From contig CAYXSR010000002.1 in NCBI GenBank assembly GCA_964467735.1, forward strand, positions 51,885-115,884: a stretch of 64,000 nt of DNA, given 5' to 3'. This DNA comes from an uncultured Pseudomonadales bacterium. Lineage in GTDB: Bacteria > Patescibacteriota > Microgenomatia > UBA1400 > CAYXSR01. The stretch's first letter is position 1. Every line of letters starts with the position of its first letter. Made by a program: the position numbers and the translations under genes. Positions 40,567 through 49,487 of the stretch are shown here, one piece after another. The notes beneath the pieces are model-generated. The model was given only the letters and a program-made list of their open reading frames with translations, searched no databases and had not been told where the DNA came from.

Positions 40567-40595
40567 TTAATATCCGCTATCATTTCAAGTATCAA
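40567..40595 (-). promoter_or_regulatory. Putative sigma70-like promoter (-35 TTGATA / 17-bp spacer / -10 TATTAA) in the 115-bp gap upstream of the ThDP-enzyme gene
   Basis: Minus-strand reading ttgatacttgaaatgatagcggatattaa. This is the only sizeable intergenic gap within the long minus-strand gene array between 43426 and 17592. Confidence 0.2.
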
Positions 40596-40646
40596 AAATA
40601 AACTAGTCATTACTCCTACATTCTTCTCTGCTATGAATTGTGTATA

Positions 40647-41615
40647 CTAATTAGACTTTAATAAAAGATTGTTATACCAGTTAAAAACAATTGGAATTGT
40701 TTTATTAAAATCATAGGTAGGCCGCCAACCTAGGCTTTTCTTTATTTTCTGGTAATTCAAACTTTGGTAACTTATTTCATTTCTGGCAATATTAAGTATT
40801 TTATATTTAATTTTTTTCTTTAGTATTGTCTCTACTTTTTTTATTGCTTCCAAAACCGAATATGTCTCATCTGTAGAAATATTAAATACTTCTCCCATAG
40901 TTTTTTCTATGTTTTCAGCAATTAAAATATAGGCCTTAACCACATCTTTAATATAAATAAAATCACGGATACATTTACCATTACTTCTTATTTTAAGGAC
41001 TTTGTTTTTAATCAAAGACTCCATTATTCCTGGTATTAAACGATTGAAATTTAAATCACCGGGTCCATAGATATTGCCAAAACGAGTAATAGCAACAGAT
41101 AAACCATATGTTTTGTAATAAGTATGAGCCACAAGGTCGGCACAAGATTTGGAAACTTCATAAGGATGGTCTCCTTTTAAAGGATCTGTTTCTTTGTATA
41201 CTTTATCCAGTTTTCCATAAGCTTTATCCGAAGAAGCAACAATTATTCCCTTTACCTTCCTATATAGTCTTGCTGTTTCCAAAATATTGACTGTTCCCAT
41301 TATATTAGTTTCCAAAGTTTCCAAAGGATTATAATAAGCAGTTTCTACAATTGGTTGAGCAGCCAGATGAAAGATAAATTCAATTTCATACTTGGTAACA
41401 ATATCAAAAACTCTTTTAAAGTTTTTTATATCACAATCCACCATTGTTGTCTTTTTATAGAGTTTTTCTTGGGTAAAAAAAGAGTGAGGATCAAAGCTTC
41501 TTTGAGGAACAACCACTCTTGCCTTTTTTTCAAGCAAGTCTTTTACTAAGTGACTGCCTACCAAACCACAGCCACCGGTCACTAGAATATTTTTACCAAC
41601 AAGTTTCATTTCCAA
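40647..41615 (-). CDS. ddhB: CDP-glucose 4,6-dehydratase
   Basis: Colinear matches to the Salmonella RfbG sequence as I remember it. FHLAAQPIVETAYYNPLETLETNIMGTVNILE parallels FHMAAQPLVRLSYEQPIETYSTNVMGTVHLLE. SSDKAYG parallels SDKCYDN. HPYEVSKSCADLV parallels DPYSNSKGCAELV. NRLIPGIMES parallels DRLIPDILRS. N-terminal VTGGCGLVGSHL Rossmann motif. Confidence 0.8.
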   Translation of the reverse strand: MEMKLVGKNILVTGGCGLVGSHLVKDLLEKKARVVVPQRSFDPHSFFTQEKLYKKTTMVDCDIKNFKRVFDIVTKYEIEFIFHLAAQPIVETAYYNPLETLETNIMGTVNILETARLYRKVKGIIVASSDKAYGKLDKVYKETDPLKGDHPYEVSKSCADLVAHTYYKTYGLSVAITRFGNIYGPGDLNFNRLIPGIMESLIKNKVLKIRSNGKCIRDFIYIKDVVKAYILIAENIEKTMGEVFNISTDETYSVLEAIKKVETILKKKIKYKILNIARNEISYQSLNYQKIKKSLGWRPTYDFNKTIPIVFNWYNNLLLKSN

Positions 41616-42385
41616 ACTTTCCAGGGCGGGATTCCTTTATTCCAAAGTTTATTTAAACCTTCAACTTCTTTATAAGTATCCATACAATACCAAAATTTTT
41701 CGTGCTTATATAATGATAATTGTCTTTCTTTTGCTAAACGAGACAAAGCTGGGTGTTCTGTTTCTCCAGGTTTAAGATATTTAAAAAATCTTTTATCAAA
41801 AACCATAAAACCACCATTAACGTAATCGGAAAGAGTAGGTTTCTCCTTGAATGCTTTAACCAAGTTGTTTTTATCAACTTTAATTAAACCATATTTCACT
41901 ATCGGATTGACGCCGGTAATCGTCCCAATTATTTTTTGTTTTTTATGAAAAGCAACGAGCTTTTTAATATTAATATCAGAAACACCATCACCATAAGTAA
42001 CCATAAAATATTTATCCTTGTCGGGAATGTATTTCTGACAAAGCAAAATTCTTTCTCCTGGTAAAGTTTCTAATCCAGTATCAACAAAGGTTATTTTAAA
42101 ATTATCAACACTATTTCTATTTTCCAAAAAGAATTTCTTTTTAAAAGTTTCTGTATCTAGAGTAAAATCACAAGTAAATGCTTTTTGATTAATAAAAAAG
42201 TCTTTTATATATTCTGCTTTATAGCCCAAAGCCAGAATAAACTCGTTAAAGCCATAATGGGAATAAATTTTCATTATATGCCATAAAATAGGTCGACCCC
42301 CAACTAAAACCATTGGTTTTGGCTTGAATTCGGTTTCTTCTTTTAGGCGAGTACCTGTGCCACCGCATAGTATTATGGTTTTCAT
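41606..42385 (-). CDS. ddhA: Glucose-1-phosphate cytidylyltransferase
   Basis: Near full-length colinearity with RfbF/DdhA as recalled. [41 protein letters not shown] parallels [65 protein letters not shown] and [12 protein letters not shown] match YGDGV, INGGFFVLN, FWQPMDTLRD and LWEKGKAPWKTW. 259 aa versus 257 aa. Confidence 0.9.
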   Translation of the reverse strand: [259 protein letters not shown]

Positions 42386-42397
42386 TTTATCAATAGT

Positions 42398-43426
42398 CTA
42401 AGTTATTAACTTATAGGCTCTCTCAATTTTATCTAAGTTTCTAATCCTTGAGATTGTGTCGTTAGTGTAATGTCGTAATTTTCTTATAAATTTCCAAAAA
42501 GAACTCGGAAAAATAAAAGCAAAGGCAAATAAAATATAAAATTTAAAGTTTTTTTTCAATCGTGGTTCTAGTATTACTAATCTTTGATTAAATTTGACTA
42601 AATTTTCATTGTTTGAGTATAACTTAATTACAGGCTGCAAAATAATATAGTTTTTAAAATAGTTCCATTTATAATTTGCTAACCTTGAGGAGGGTATTAG
42701 GTTTAATACATAATCCATAAGTTGTTCAAACATTAATCTTCCATCTTTTCTTGGAAAGTAGTGGCTTGATATTTCTCCTTGTGACCATGTAATAACCATA
42801 TAGTAATTCGCAATAAAAAAGGCGCCTCCTTCTTTAACTGTAGGATAAATAATCTTCATCCAAGGAATATCGGGAAATTCAAGAACTAAGTTTCCAATAC
42901 TTTTTTTGTTTTTAAAAACCAATCCCGCAATATGACCAACGGCAACTCTAGAAAGAAAAGCAAGTATTTTTTCCGATGATGCTCCTCTTTTTATCTGGAT
43001 ATTCCTTTCATATTTAATTATACTCTTTCTTAATCCCTCTCCTGCAATTTTTTTTTCTATCAAATTAAGGCGCACAAAATCCACCTTTTTTTCAATAATT
43101 ATCTTCCTAACTTTAGTCAATGTATCCTTAAAAATAATTAAATCGTCATCACCCATACTAAAAATATATTTACCTTTCGCTCTATTAAATGCCTTTTTAT
43201 AATTTCCTTCCGCTCCAAAATTCTTACTATTTTTAAAATATCTTATTCTTTTATCCTTAAAACTTTTTACAATTTGTTTTGTTTTATCAGTTGAATGATT
43301 ATCGGAAATTACAATTTCAAAATCTTTAAAATCTTGGAGAAGAATACTATTAATGGCTTTTTTTAAATTTTGGTAGCGATTATAAGTAGGAATAACAATG
43401 GAAAAAAAAGGTTGGTTCATTTTCAT
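42398..43426 (-). CDS. Glycosyltransferase family 2 (GT-A)
   Basis: FSIVIPTYNRYQNLKKAINSILLQDFKDFEIVISDNHSTDKT...MGDDDLII. This is the first gene of the long minus-strand array. Confidence 0.7.
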   Translation of the reverse strand: MKMNQPFFSIVIPTYNRYQNLKKAINSILLQDFKDFEIVISDNHSTDKTKQIVKSFKDKRIRYFKNSKNFGAEGNYKKAFNRAKGKYIFSMGDDDLIIFKDTLTKVRKIIIEKKVDFVRLNLIEKKIAGEGLRKSIIKYERNIQIKRGASSEKILAFLSRVAVGHIAGLVFKNKKSIGNLVLEFPDIPWMKIIYPTVKEGGAFFIANYYMVITWSQGEISSHYFPRKDGRLMFEQLMDYVLNLIPSSRLANYKWNYFKNYIILQPVIKLYSNNENLVKFNQRLVILEPRLKKNFKFYILFAFAFIFPSSFWKFIRKLRHYTNDTISRIRNLDKIERAYKLIT

Positions 43427-43600
43427 TCATATTAAACCAAAAGATCCTCATGTGGTCAATTGTTAACTAATGAATTACATAAGATTTATTTCAAATATAT
43501 ATTTATATTTTTAAAATTACCTCATATTAAAATAAACTTAAATATTGCTAGTCAATTAAGATATACTCTTAATTACTAATCTTAATGCTATAATTGATTT

Positions 43601-44455
43601 ATGAATAATTTGAATCCTCTGGTTTCAGTTATAATTCCAGCCAAAAATTCTGGTAAACATTTAAACAAATGCCTTTCGTGTATTAAAAACCAAACATATA
43701 AAAGAATTGAAATAATTGTTGTTGATAGTAATTCTCAAGACAATACCAAAGAAATTTGCCAAAAATATAAAACGAAGATCTTTCATTTCTCCAATCCAAA
43801 ACTTTTAGGAAAGTTTGATGCTACTTTTAAAAGAAATTTAGGCGCTCAAAAAGCTAAAGGAAAATATGTATACTACGTAGATGCTGATATGAGATTGATA
43901 AAAAATGTCATCTCACAGGCTGTTTTCGCTTGTGAAAAAGAAGATTATGATGCAGTCATTGTTAAAGAAATCGTCGTTGGCAGTGGCTTCTTGACTAAAT
44001 GCCGACACTTAGAACAGGAATGTTACTGGGGAGATGATAACATAGAAGCACCACGTTTTTTCAAAAAGAACGTCTGGAAAAAATTAAAAGGCCTTGATAG
44101 TAAACTAGGAGCGGGCTGCGATGATTGGGATCTATATCAAAGATTTCTCCAGCAGGGATACAAAGCAAAAAGAATAAAGGCTCCTCTTTATCATAACGAA
44201 GGAAAAATAAATCTAAAAGATTTAATTAAAAAAAGTTTTATGTACGGAAAAGATGTTACGAAATTTATTAAAAAGAGTCCCAAAAAAAGTTTTATGTACT
44301 TTTTTCCAATAAGACCTGCTTATATACGTCATTGGAAGCTATTCGTTAAAAATCCTCATTTGGGGTTCGGTCTTATTTTAATAAGGACAATTGAGTATAG
44401 TGGCGGTGCAATTGGAATAATTTATAACAAAATCTCACAAACTAAAATTAAATGA
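43601..44455 (+). CDS. Glycosyltransferase family 2 (GT-A)
   Basis: VSVIIPAKNSGKHLNKCLSCIKNQTYKRIEIIVVDSNSQDNTKEI...YYVDADMRL. Confidence 0.7.
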   Translation: MNNLNPLVSVIIPAKNSGKHLNKCLSCIKNQTYKRIEIIVVDSNSQDNTKEICQKYKTKIFHFSNPKLLGKFDATFKRNLGAQKAKGKYVYYVDADMRLIKNVISQAVFACEKEDYDAVIVKEIVVGSGFLTKCRHLEQECYWGDDNIEAPRFFKKNVWKKLKGLDSKLGAGCDDWDLYQRFLQQGYKAKRIKAPLYHNEGKINLKDLIKKSFMYGKDVTKFIKKSPKKSFMYFFPIRPAYIRHWKLFVKNPHLGFGLILIRTIEYSGGAIGIIYNKISQTKIK

Positions 44456-45408
44456 AAAAATATTGGCAGAAAAAAAAGATTCTTATAACCGGAGCCAATG
44501 GCTTCATTGGTTCATCCGTTTGTCAGGAATTATTAAATATCGGAGCAAAAGTAACTGCCCTTGTCAGTCCTAATTCATCGCTCAACAATCTTAAAGGTTT
44601 AAATAATAAAATTAAGCTTCTTCGCAAAGATCTCATAAATGACGTTTTTGAAATTCAGGAAAAAATTGTTTTTCATCTAGCTGCTCTAGATGGCGGTCAG
44701 AAATTTAAAAAACAGCATGGTCCACAAATTCTTCAACAAAACTTAATCATGACTTCCAAGATGATTGAACTTTCGCAAAAAGCAAACGTAGAAAAGTTTA
44801 TTTTTTTTAGTTCAGCGGAAGTTTACCAAGGGAAAAAGAGAGCTCAAAAAAGAAAAATTAAAGAAACCGACTTTAATATTGATGAAGCGTTATTGGCAAA
44901 TAACAATCTATATATGTGGTCAAAGATTATTGGAGAAAGTATTTGCTTGCAGTCTAAGTTGAAAACAATTATAATTCGTCCGGCTAACATCTATGGCGAA
45001 AGAGATTCTGTCCAAAAAGAAAGACTTATTCCTTTACTCCTAGATAATATAAAAAATAATAATAAAGAAGTTGTCCTTACTGGTGATGGGTCACCCACTC
45101 GCTCCTTTATGTATATTGAAGACTTTGTGAAAAATTTATTGGCATTAACAGGAAAACTAAAAAAGGGTATTTATAATATCGCCGGTGAAAATCCAATTTC
45201 TCTTAAAAAATTTGTCAATCTCTTTCACAATATTTGTGGAATTAATATAAAATTCATCTCTAAGACAAAGCAAAATCCCTCTGATTATTTTGTTTTAAAC
45301 AATAGTAAGGTCAAAAAAGTCGTTTCCAACTGGCATGATCAGAGTTATAAAAAAGTTATAAAAAAATTAATCGCCAATATTAATGATAATTGCAATCACT
45401 GGGCCTGA
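44452..45408 (+). CDS. NAD-dependent sugar-nucleotide epimerase/dehydratase (extended SDR)
   Basis: ILITGANGFIGSSVCQELLNIGAKVTALV Rossmann motif. YMWSK is a YxxxK-type catalytic dyad. Confidence 0.6.
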   Translation: MKKYWQKKKILITGANGFIGSSVCQELLNIGAKVTALVSPNSSLNNLKGLNNKIKLLRKDLINDVFEIQEKIVFHLAALDGGQKFKKQHGPQILQQNLIMTSKMIELSQKANVEKFIFFSSAEVYQGKKRAQKRKIKETDFNIDEALLANNNLYMWSKIIGESICLQSKLKTIIIRPANIYGERDSVQKERLIPLLLDNIKNNNKEVVLTGDGSPTRSFMYIEDFVKNLLALTGKLKKGIYNIAGENPISLKKFVNLFHNICGINIKFISKTKQNPSDYFVLNNSKVKKVVSNWHDQSYKKVIKKLIANINDNCNHWA

Positions 45409-46219
45409 TGGTTTCATTGGCTCTCAACTCATCAAAAAACTTAACACTAGTAAGAAAGATAACATTTGTCACTTTGATAGAAAGGTTTTTTCTCTTTTTT
45501 CTATATCTTCTCTTAAGAATTTCGTTAAAAACAAAGATGTTATTATTCATCTTGCGGGCATTAATCTATCTCAGGATCCAAATGAATACTACTTAGTAAA
45601 CACCTTGGGAACATTAAATTTACTGGAAGCAATTCGGCTTTTTGGAAAAAAGAACTGCCATTTTATTCTCAGCTCTTCATTTGCCATCTACCAGATAAAT
45701 GAAAATAATACAAAGCTTAAAGAAGACAGTTCCCCACTTAAACCAAGAAACCATTATGGAATGTCCAAACTTTTAGCAGAAACTATTGCTAGTCAGTATA
45801 AAGACACAATAGGTAAAATTACTATCCTTAGGATTGCTAATGCCTATGGCAAAAATGACAAACTTATATCTTCACTAATAAATAATCTTATAAAAGGAAA
45901 CAAATTTAAGCTTGATTATCATCCAAAACAAATACGCGATTACATTTATATCGATGATATTGTTAGGGCAATTATTAATACAATCAGATATCAAAAGAAA
46001 AAATTCTCAATCCTTAATGTTTGCAGCGGTAAAAAGACTACAGTCAGTGATTTCTTTAACGAAGTTGAAATGAAACTCAACAAAAAAGGACTAATTAAAT
46101 ATAATAATAAAAGAAAAGAAAATGGATACTGGGTGGGCAATAACAAAAAAGCCTTGAAGGAAATAAAGTTTACTTATATAACTGATTACAAAACAGGAAT
46201 TGCAAAAACATTAAAATGA
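45383..46219 (+). CDS. NAD-dependent sugar-nucleotide epimerase/reductase (SDR family)
   Basis: MIIAITGPDGFIGSQLIKKL Rossmann N-terminus and YGMSK catalytic motif. It overlaps the upstream SDR gene by 26 nt. Confidence 0.55.
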   Translation: MIIAITGPDGFIGSQLIKKLNTSKKDNICHFDRKVFSLFSISSLKNFVKNKDVIIHLAGINLSQDPNEYYLVNTLGTLNLLEAIRLFGKKNCHFILSSSFAIYQINENNTKLKEDSSPLKPRNHYGMSKLLAETIASQYKDTIGKITILRIANAYGKNDKLISSLINNLIKGNKFKLDYHPKQIRDYIYIDDIVRAIINTIRYQKKKFSILNVCSGKKTTVSDFFNEVEMKLNKKGLIKYNNKRKENGYWVGNNKKALKEIKFTYITDYKTGIAKTLK

Positions 46220-47631
46220 TCAAAAAACAGAAAATAATTATAATCGGCGCTGGTACTGCAGGAAAAGAATTATTAAAAGAAATTATCAAGTATAAATACA
46301 AAGAGTTTGCAGTGATCGGCTTTCTAGATGACGATAAAAGAAAAATAGGGACTACAATAAATAAAGTCCCAGTTTTAGATAATATTGACCAGCTTGAAAA
46401 CATTGTTCACAAGGGCAAAATCAAAAGGATATTCATTGCTCTTCCTTCAATCAAAAGCACAGTTATAAATAATATTTTCAGACGTTGCATAATGATTGGT
46501 GTAAATTGCCAAATTGTCCCCAGAATTAGAGAAATAATTGAAGGAAAAGTCGATCTAAAAAGGGTTCGAAATGTTGAAATAGAAGATTTATTGGGAAGAT
46601 CTGTTAGAAAACCGGATCTTAAAAGCATTTTTTCCTTGATAAAAGGACAAACAGTATTGGTGACTGGAGCAGCTGGTTCAATCGGTTCAGAATTATGTCG
46701 CCAGATCGCTTCCTTTAAACCAAAAAAAATTGTCATGTTTGATTGGTGGGAAAATGGACTTTATCAGATGGGAATTGAGTTTCGTGAAACATATCCAACA
46801 ATTGAATGTCTTTTAGTCATCGGCAATATTCAAGATAAAAAAAGAGTAGAAACAATTTTTTCACAATATAAACCATCCTTGATTTTTCATGCAGCTGCTT
46901 TTAAACATGTTCCTCTTATGGAACAACACCCTAGTGAGGCGATTAAAAATAACATCCTTGGAACAAAAATAGTTGCTGATGCATCAAGAAAATACAGGAT
47001 TAAAAAATTTATTTTTGTTTCAACAGATAAGGCAGCTGATCCTAAAAATATTATGGGAATTACTAAATCAATAAGTGAAAGTTTAATTTCATCTTACAAT
47101 CGAGAAACGAAAACAAAATTTATTGCTGTAAGATTTGGAAATGTTTTAGACAGCAATGGAAGTGTACTCCCTTTGTTCCGGAAACAAATATCTAATGGTG
47201 GACCAATCACTATAACCGATGTTAGAATGACCCGCTATTTTATGACTATTCCTGAAGCTGCCCAATTAATACTTAAAGCAGCTACTATTGGCAAAGGCAA
47301 GGAAATTTTTATACTGGATATGGGTAAACCAATAAAAATCATTGATTTGGCAAAAAATTTAATTCTTTTATCCGGTTTTATTCCCAACAAAGACATAAAG
47401 ATAGAAATTGTTGGTAAAAGACCAGGTGAAAAAATTCATGAAAAACTTATTTCAAACAAAGAAAAATTAATAAAAACCGAGTTTAAAGAAATAATGATGG
47501 TCGAAAACAAACAGACTAATAAAGTAAAGTTAAACTCTTTTATTAAAAAACTACTAGAAGCTGCTCTATCAGGAGACCAAAACAAAACACTCAACTTACT
47601 TAAGCAGTTTCCTAAAAACAAATTAATCTAG
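46216..47631 (+). CDS. Nucleotide-sugar (UDP-HexNAc) 4,6-dehydratase, CapD/PglF/WbpM family, soluble form
   Basis: N-terminal KIIIIGAGTAGKELLKEI (CoA-binding-like domain), then VLVTGAAGSIGSELCRQI and FVSTDKAADPKNIMGITK (Polysacc_synt_2-type dehydratase core). There are no N-terminal TM helices. Confidence 0.7.
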   Translation: MIKKQKIIIIGAGTAGKELLKEIIKYKYKEFAVIGFLDDDKRKIGTTINKVPVLDNIDQLENIVHKGKIKRIFIALPSIKSTVINNIFRRCIMIGVNCQIVPRIREIIEGKVDLKRVRNVEIEDLLGRSVRKPDLKSIFSLIKGQTVLVTGAAGSIGSELCRQIASFKPKKIVMFDWWENGLYQMGIEFRETYPTIECLLVIGNIQDKKRVETIFSQYKPSLIFHAAAFKHVPLMEQHPSEAIKNNILGTKIVADASRKYRIKKFIFVSTDKAADPKNIMGITKSISESLISSYNRETKTKFIAVRFGNVLDSNGSVLPLFRKQISNGGPITITDVRMTRYFMTIPEAAQLILKAATIGKGKEIFILDMGKPIKIIDLAKNLILLSGFIPNKDIKIEIVGKRPGEKIHEKLISNKEKLIKTEFKEIMMVENKQTNKVKLNSFIKKLLEAALSGDQNKTLNLLKQFPKNKLI

Positions 47632-49458
47632 ATGTTAACAGGAAAACAAAAAAAATATCTATTAAAGAATGTTAGGAAAGAAAACCTAGCTAAACTGTCA
47701 AAAAGACTGGATGTCCCCAAAAAAGAAATTCTTGCTTATTTTGAAAAACGTTGGTCCAAAGGCAAATTTCAAAAATATCTCAAAAGTTATTTTAAACAAA
47801 ATAATGAGAAAAAAACTAATCATTTTAAACTAAGAAATTTCGTTTCATTTCATAAAAAAGAATTGCTTTTTTTAGTCACTATAGTATTAATTTCATACAT
47901 TAATACTTTAAACAATGACTTTGTCTCTGATGATGTTGCTGCCATTCAGACAAACCCTAATTTACCAACATGGCATAATGTAATTGTTGCTCCCCAAGCA
48001 TTAATCCGTCCATTTCTGAATTATTCTATCTATCATTTGTTTGGCTTAAAACCCTGGGCTTTTAGGATAATTAATATTCTATTTCATTTAGGAACAGTAC
48101 TTATTGTCTATTATTTTATAAGTTTACTCATTAATAAGGCAGTTGGTTTTTTAACGGCCTCGATTTTAGCTGTTCATCCTCTCCAAATTGAAGCAGTAAG
48201 TTGGATTTCCGGCGGACCTTATTCTCAGTATAGCTTCTTTTTAATGTCTTCTCTTCTTTCTTATTACCTTTTTATAAGAAAAAGGAAAGTAAAATATTAT
48301 TTTATATCAATTCTATTATATTTTTTAAGTCTGCAGTCTTCTGAAAGAGCTGCAGTATTACCAATAATGATTTTTGCTTTCTTACTTGCTTATAAAAAGT
48401 TTAAAAAATACTGGCTTTCATTAATACCCTTTATTACCTTAAGTGGTTTCTGGGTTCTTATTTTTATGGGAATAATAAAATCAAGGGTTACTATTCTTCA
48501 GTCCGATTACTACCAAAATGATGGTACAATAAATCCTTTATTTAAAGCTGTTGTTGCTTTTTCTTCTTATTTAGGACTTGCTCTTTTCCCAAAAAACTTA
48601 ACCCTTTACCATTCGGAGCTATCTTTTTCTATTTATGACTTTGTCTTTAGGGTAGTAATCGTTGTCATACTAGGCACTCTCTCCCTACTATGCTTTAAGA
48701 AACAAAAGCATTTTTTCTTCTGGCCAATATTCTTTGCTGTCTCTCTTCTTCCGACACTAACCCCTTTTAATGTCACTTGGGTAGTAGCCGAAAGATATGT
48801 TTATCTTGGCAGTATCGGCTTATATGTTGTCTTTTCGCTGATTGTTTATAAACTTATAAAAAAAATTTCAAACTATAAAAACCTTCATTATAATTATTGG
48901 ACAGTATTACTAATACTAGTAATCATGTTATCATTAAGAACAATTGCAAGAAATATTGATTGGGATAATCAAGATAATCTTTGGCTTTCCGCTGCTAAAA
49001 CCTCTCCTTCAAGCCCCCAAAATCATAACAACTTGGGAGATTTATACACCCGCCAAAAAAACTATCAAAAAGCAATTGAAGAATTTAACAAAGCCATCCA
49101 ATTGAATCCTAATTATGCTGATGCTTATCATAATTTAGCCAATACTTTTTTACAAAGTGGCCAGCCGGAAAAAGCAATTGCTAGCTATCAGAAATCCTTA
49201 GAAATTAATCCAACAATATGGCAATCACATCTCGCTTTAGGCGCTATTTATTTTGATCAAAAAGACTATCAACAAGCAAAATCTCATATACTTGAAGCAA
49301 TTAGCATTAAGCCAAATAATCCAGATCTTTATTCAAATCTTGGTTTAATTTATCTTAAAATTGGAGATTATGAAAAAGCAGTTTCATCTTTAAATAAAGC
49401 GTTAGAAATTGATCCAAACAACAATCGAGCAAAAGATATATTAATAAATTCTAGATAG
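47632..49458 (+). CDS. PMT/TMTC-like GT-C membrane glycosyltransferase with a C-terminal TPR-repeat domain
   Basis: N-terminal loop NTLNNDFVSDDVAAIQTNPNL (F..DD...I..N signature of PMT_2/TMTC-type enzymes), about 9-11 TM helices, then 4-5 TPR repeats (NHNNLGDLYTRQKNYQKAIEEFNKAIQLNPNYADAYHNLANTF...). Confidence 0.65.
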   Translation: MLTGKQKKYLLKNVRKENLAKLSKRLDVPKKEILAYFEKRWSKGKFQKYLKSYFKQNNEKKTNHFKLRNFVSFHKKELLFLVTIVLISYINTLNNDFVSDDVAAIQTNPNLPTWHNVIVAPQALIRPFLNYSIYHLFGLKPWAFRIINILFHLGTVLIVYYFISLLINKAVGFLTASILAVHPLQIEAVSWISGGPYSQYSFFLMSSLLSYYLFIRKRKVKYYFISILLYFLSLQSSERAAVLPIMIFAFLLAYKKFKKYWLSLIPFITLSGFWVLIFMGIIKSRVTILQSDYYQNDGTINPLFKAVVAFSSYLGLALFPKNLTLYHSELSFSIYDFVFRVVIVVILGTLSLLCFKKQKHFFFWPIFFAVSLLPTLTPFNVTWVVAERYVYLGSIGLYVVFSLIVYKLIKKISNYKNLHYNYWTVLLILVIMLSLRTIARNIDWDNQDNLWLSAAKTSPSSPQNHNNLGDLYTRQKNYQKAIEEFNKAIQLNPNYADAYHNLANTFLQSGQPEKAIASYQKSLEINPTIWQSHLALGAIYFDQKDYQQAKSHILEAISIKPNNPDLYSNLGLIYLKIGDYEKAVSSLNKALEIDPNNNRAKDILINSR

Positions 49459-49487
49459 TAAACTAAATTTCCGTTAGCAGACTTTAT

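Noticed and set aside
49459-49487. Looked for a bidirectional Rho-independent terminator between the convergent genes 47632..49458 (+) and 49488..49976 (-).
   Set aside because: The 29-bp spacer (tagtaaactaaatttccgttagcagactttattca) has no convincing GC-rich stem followed by a T-tract.
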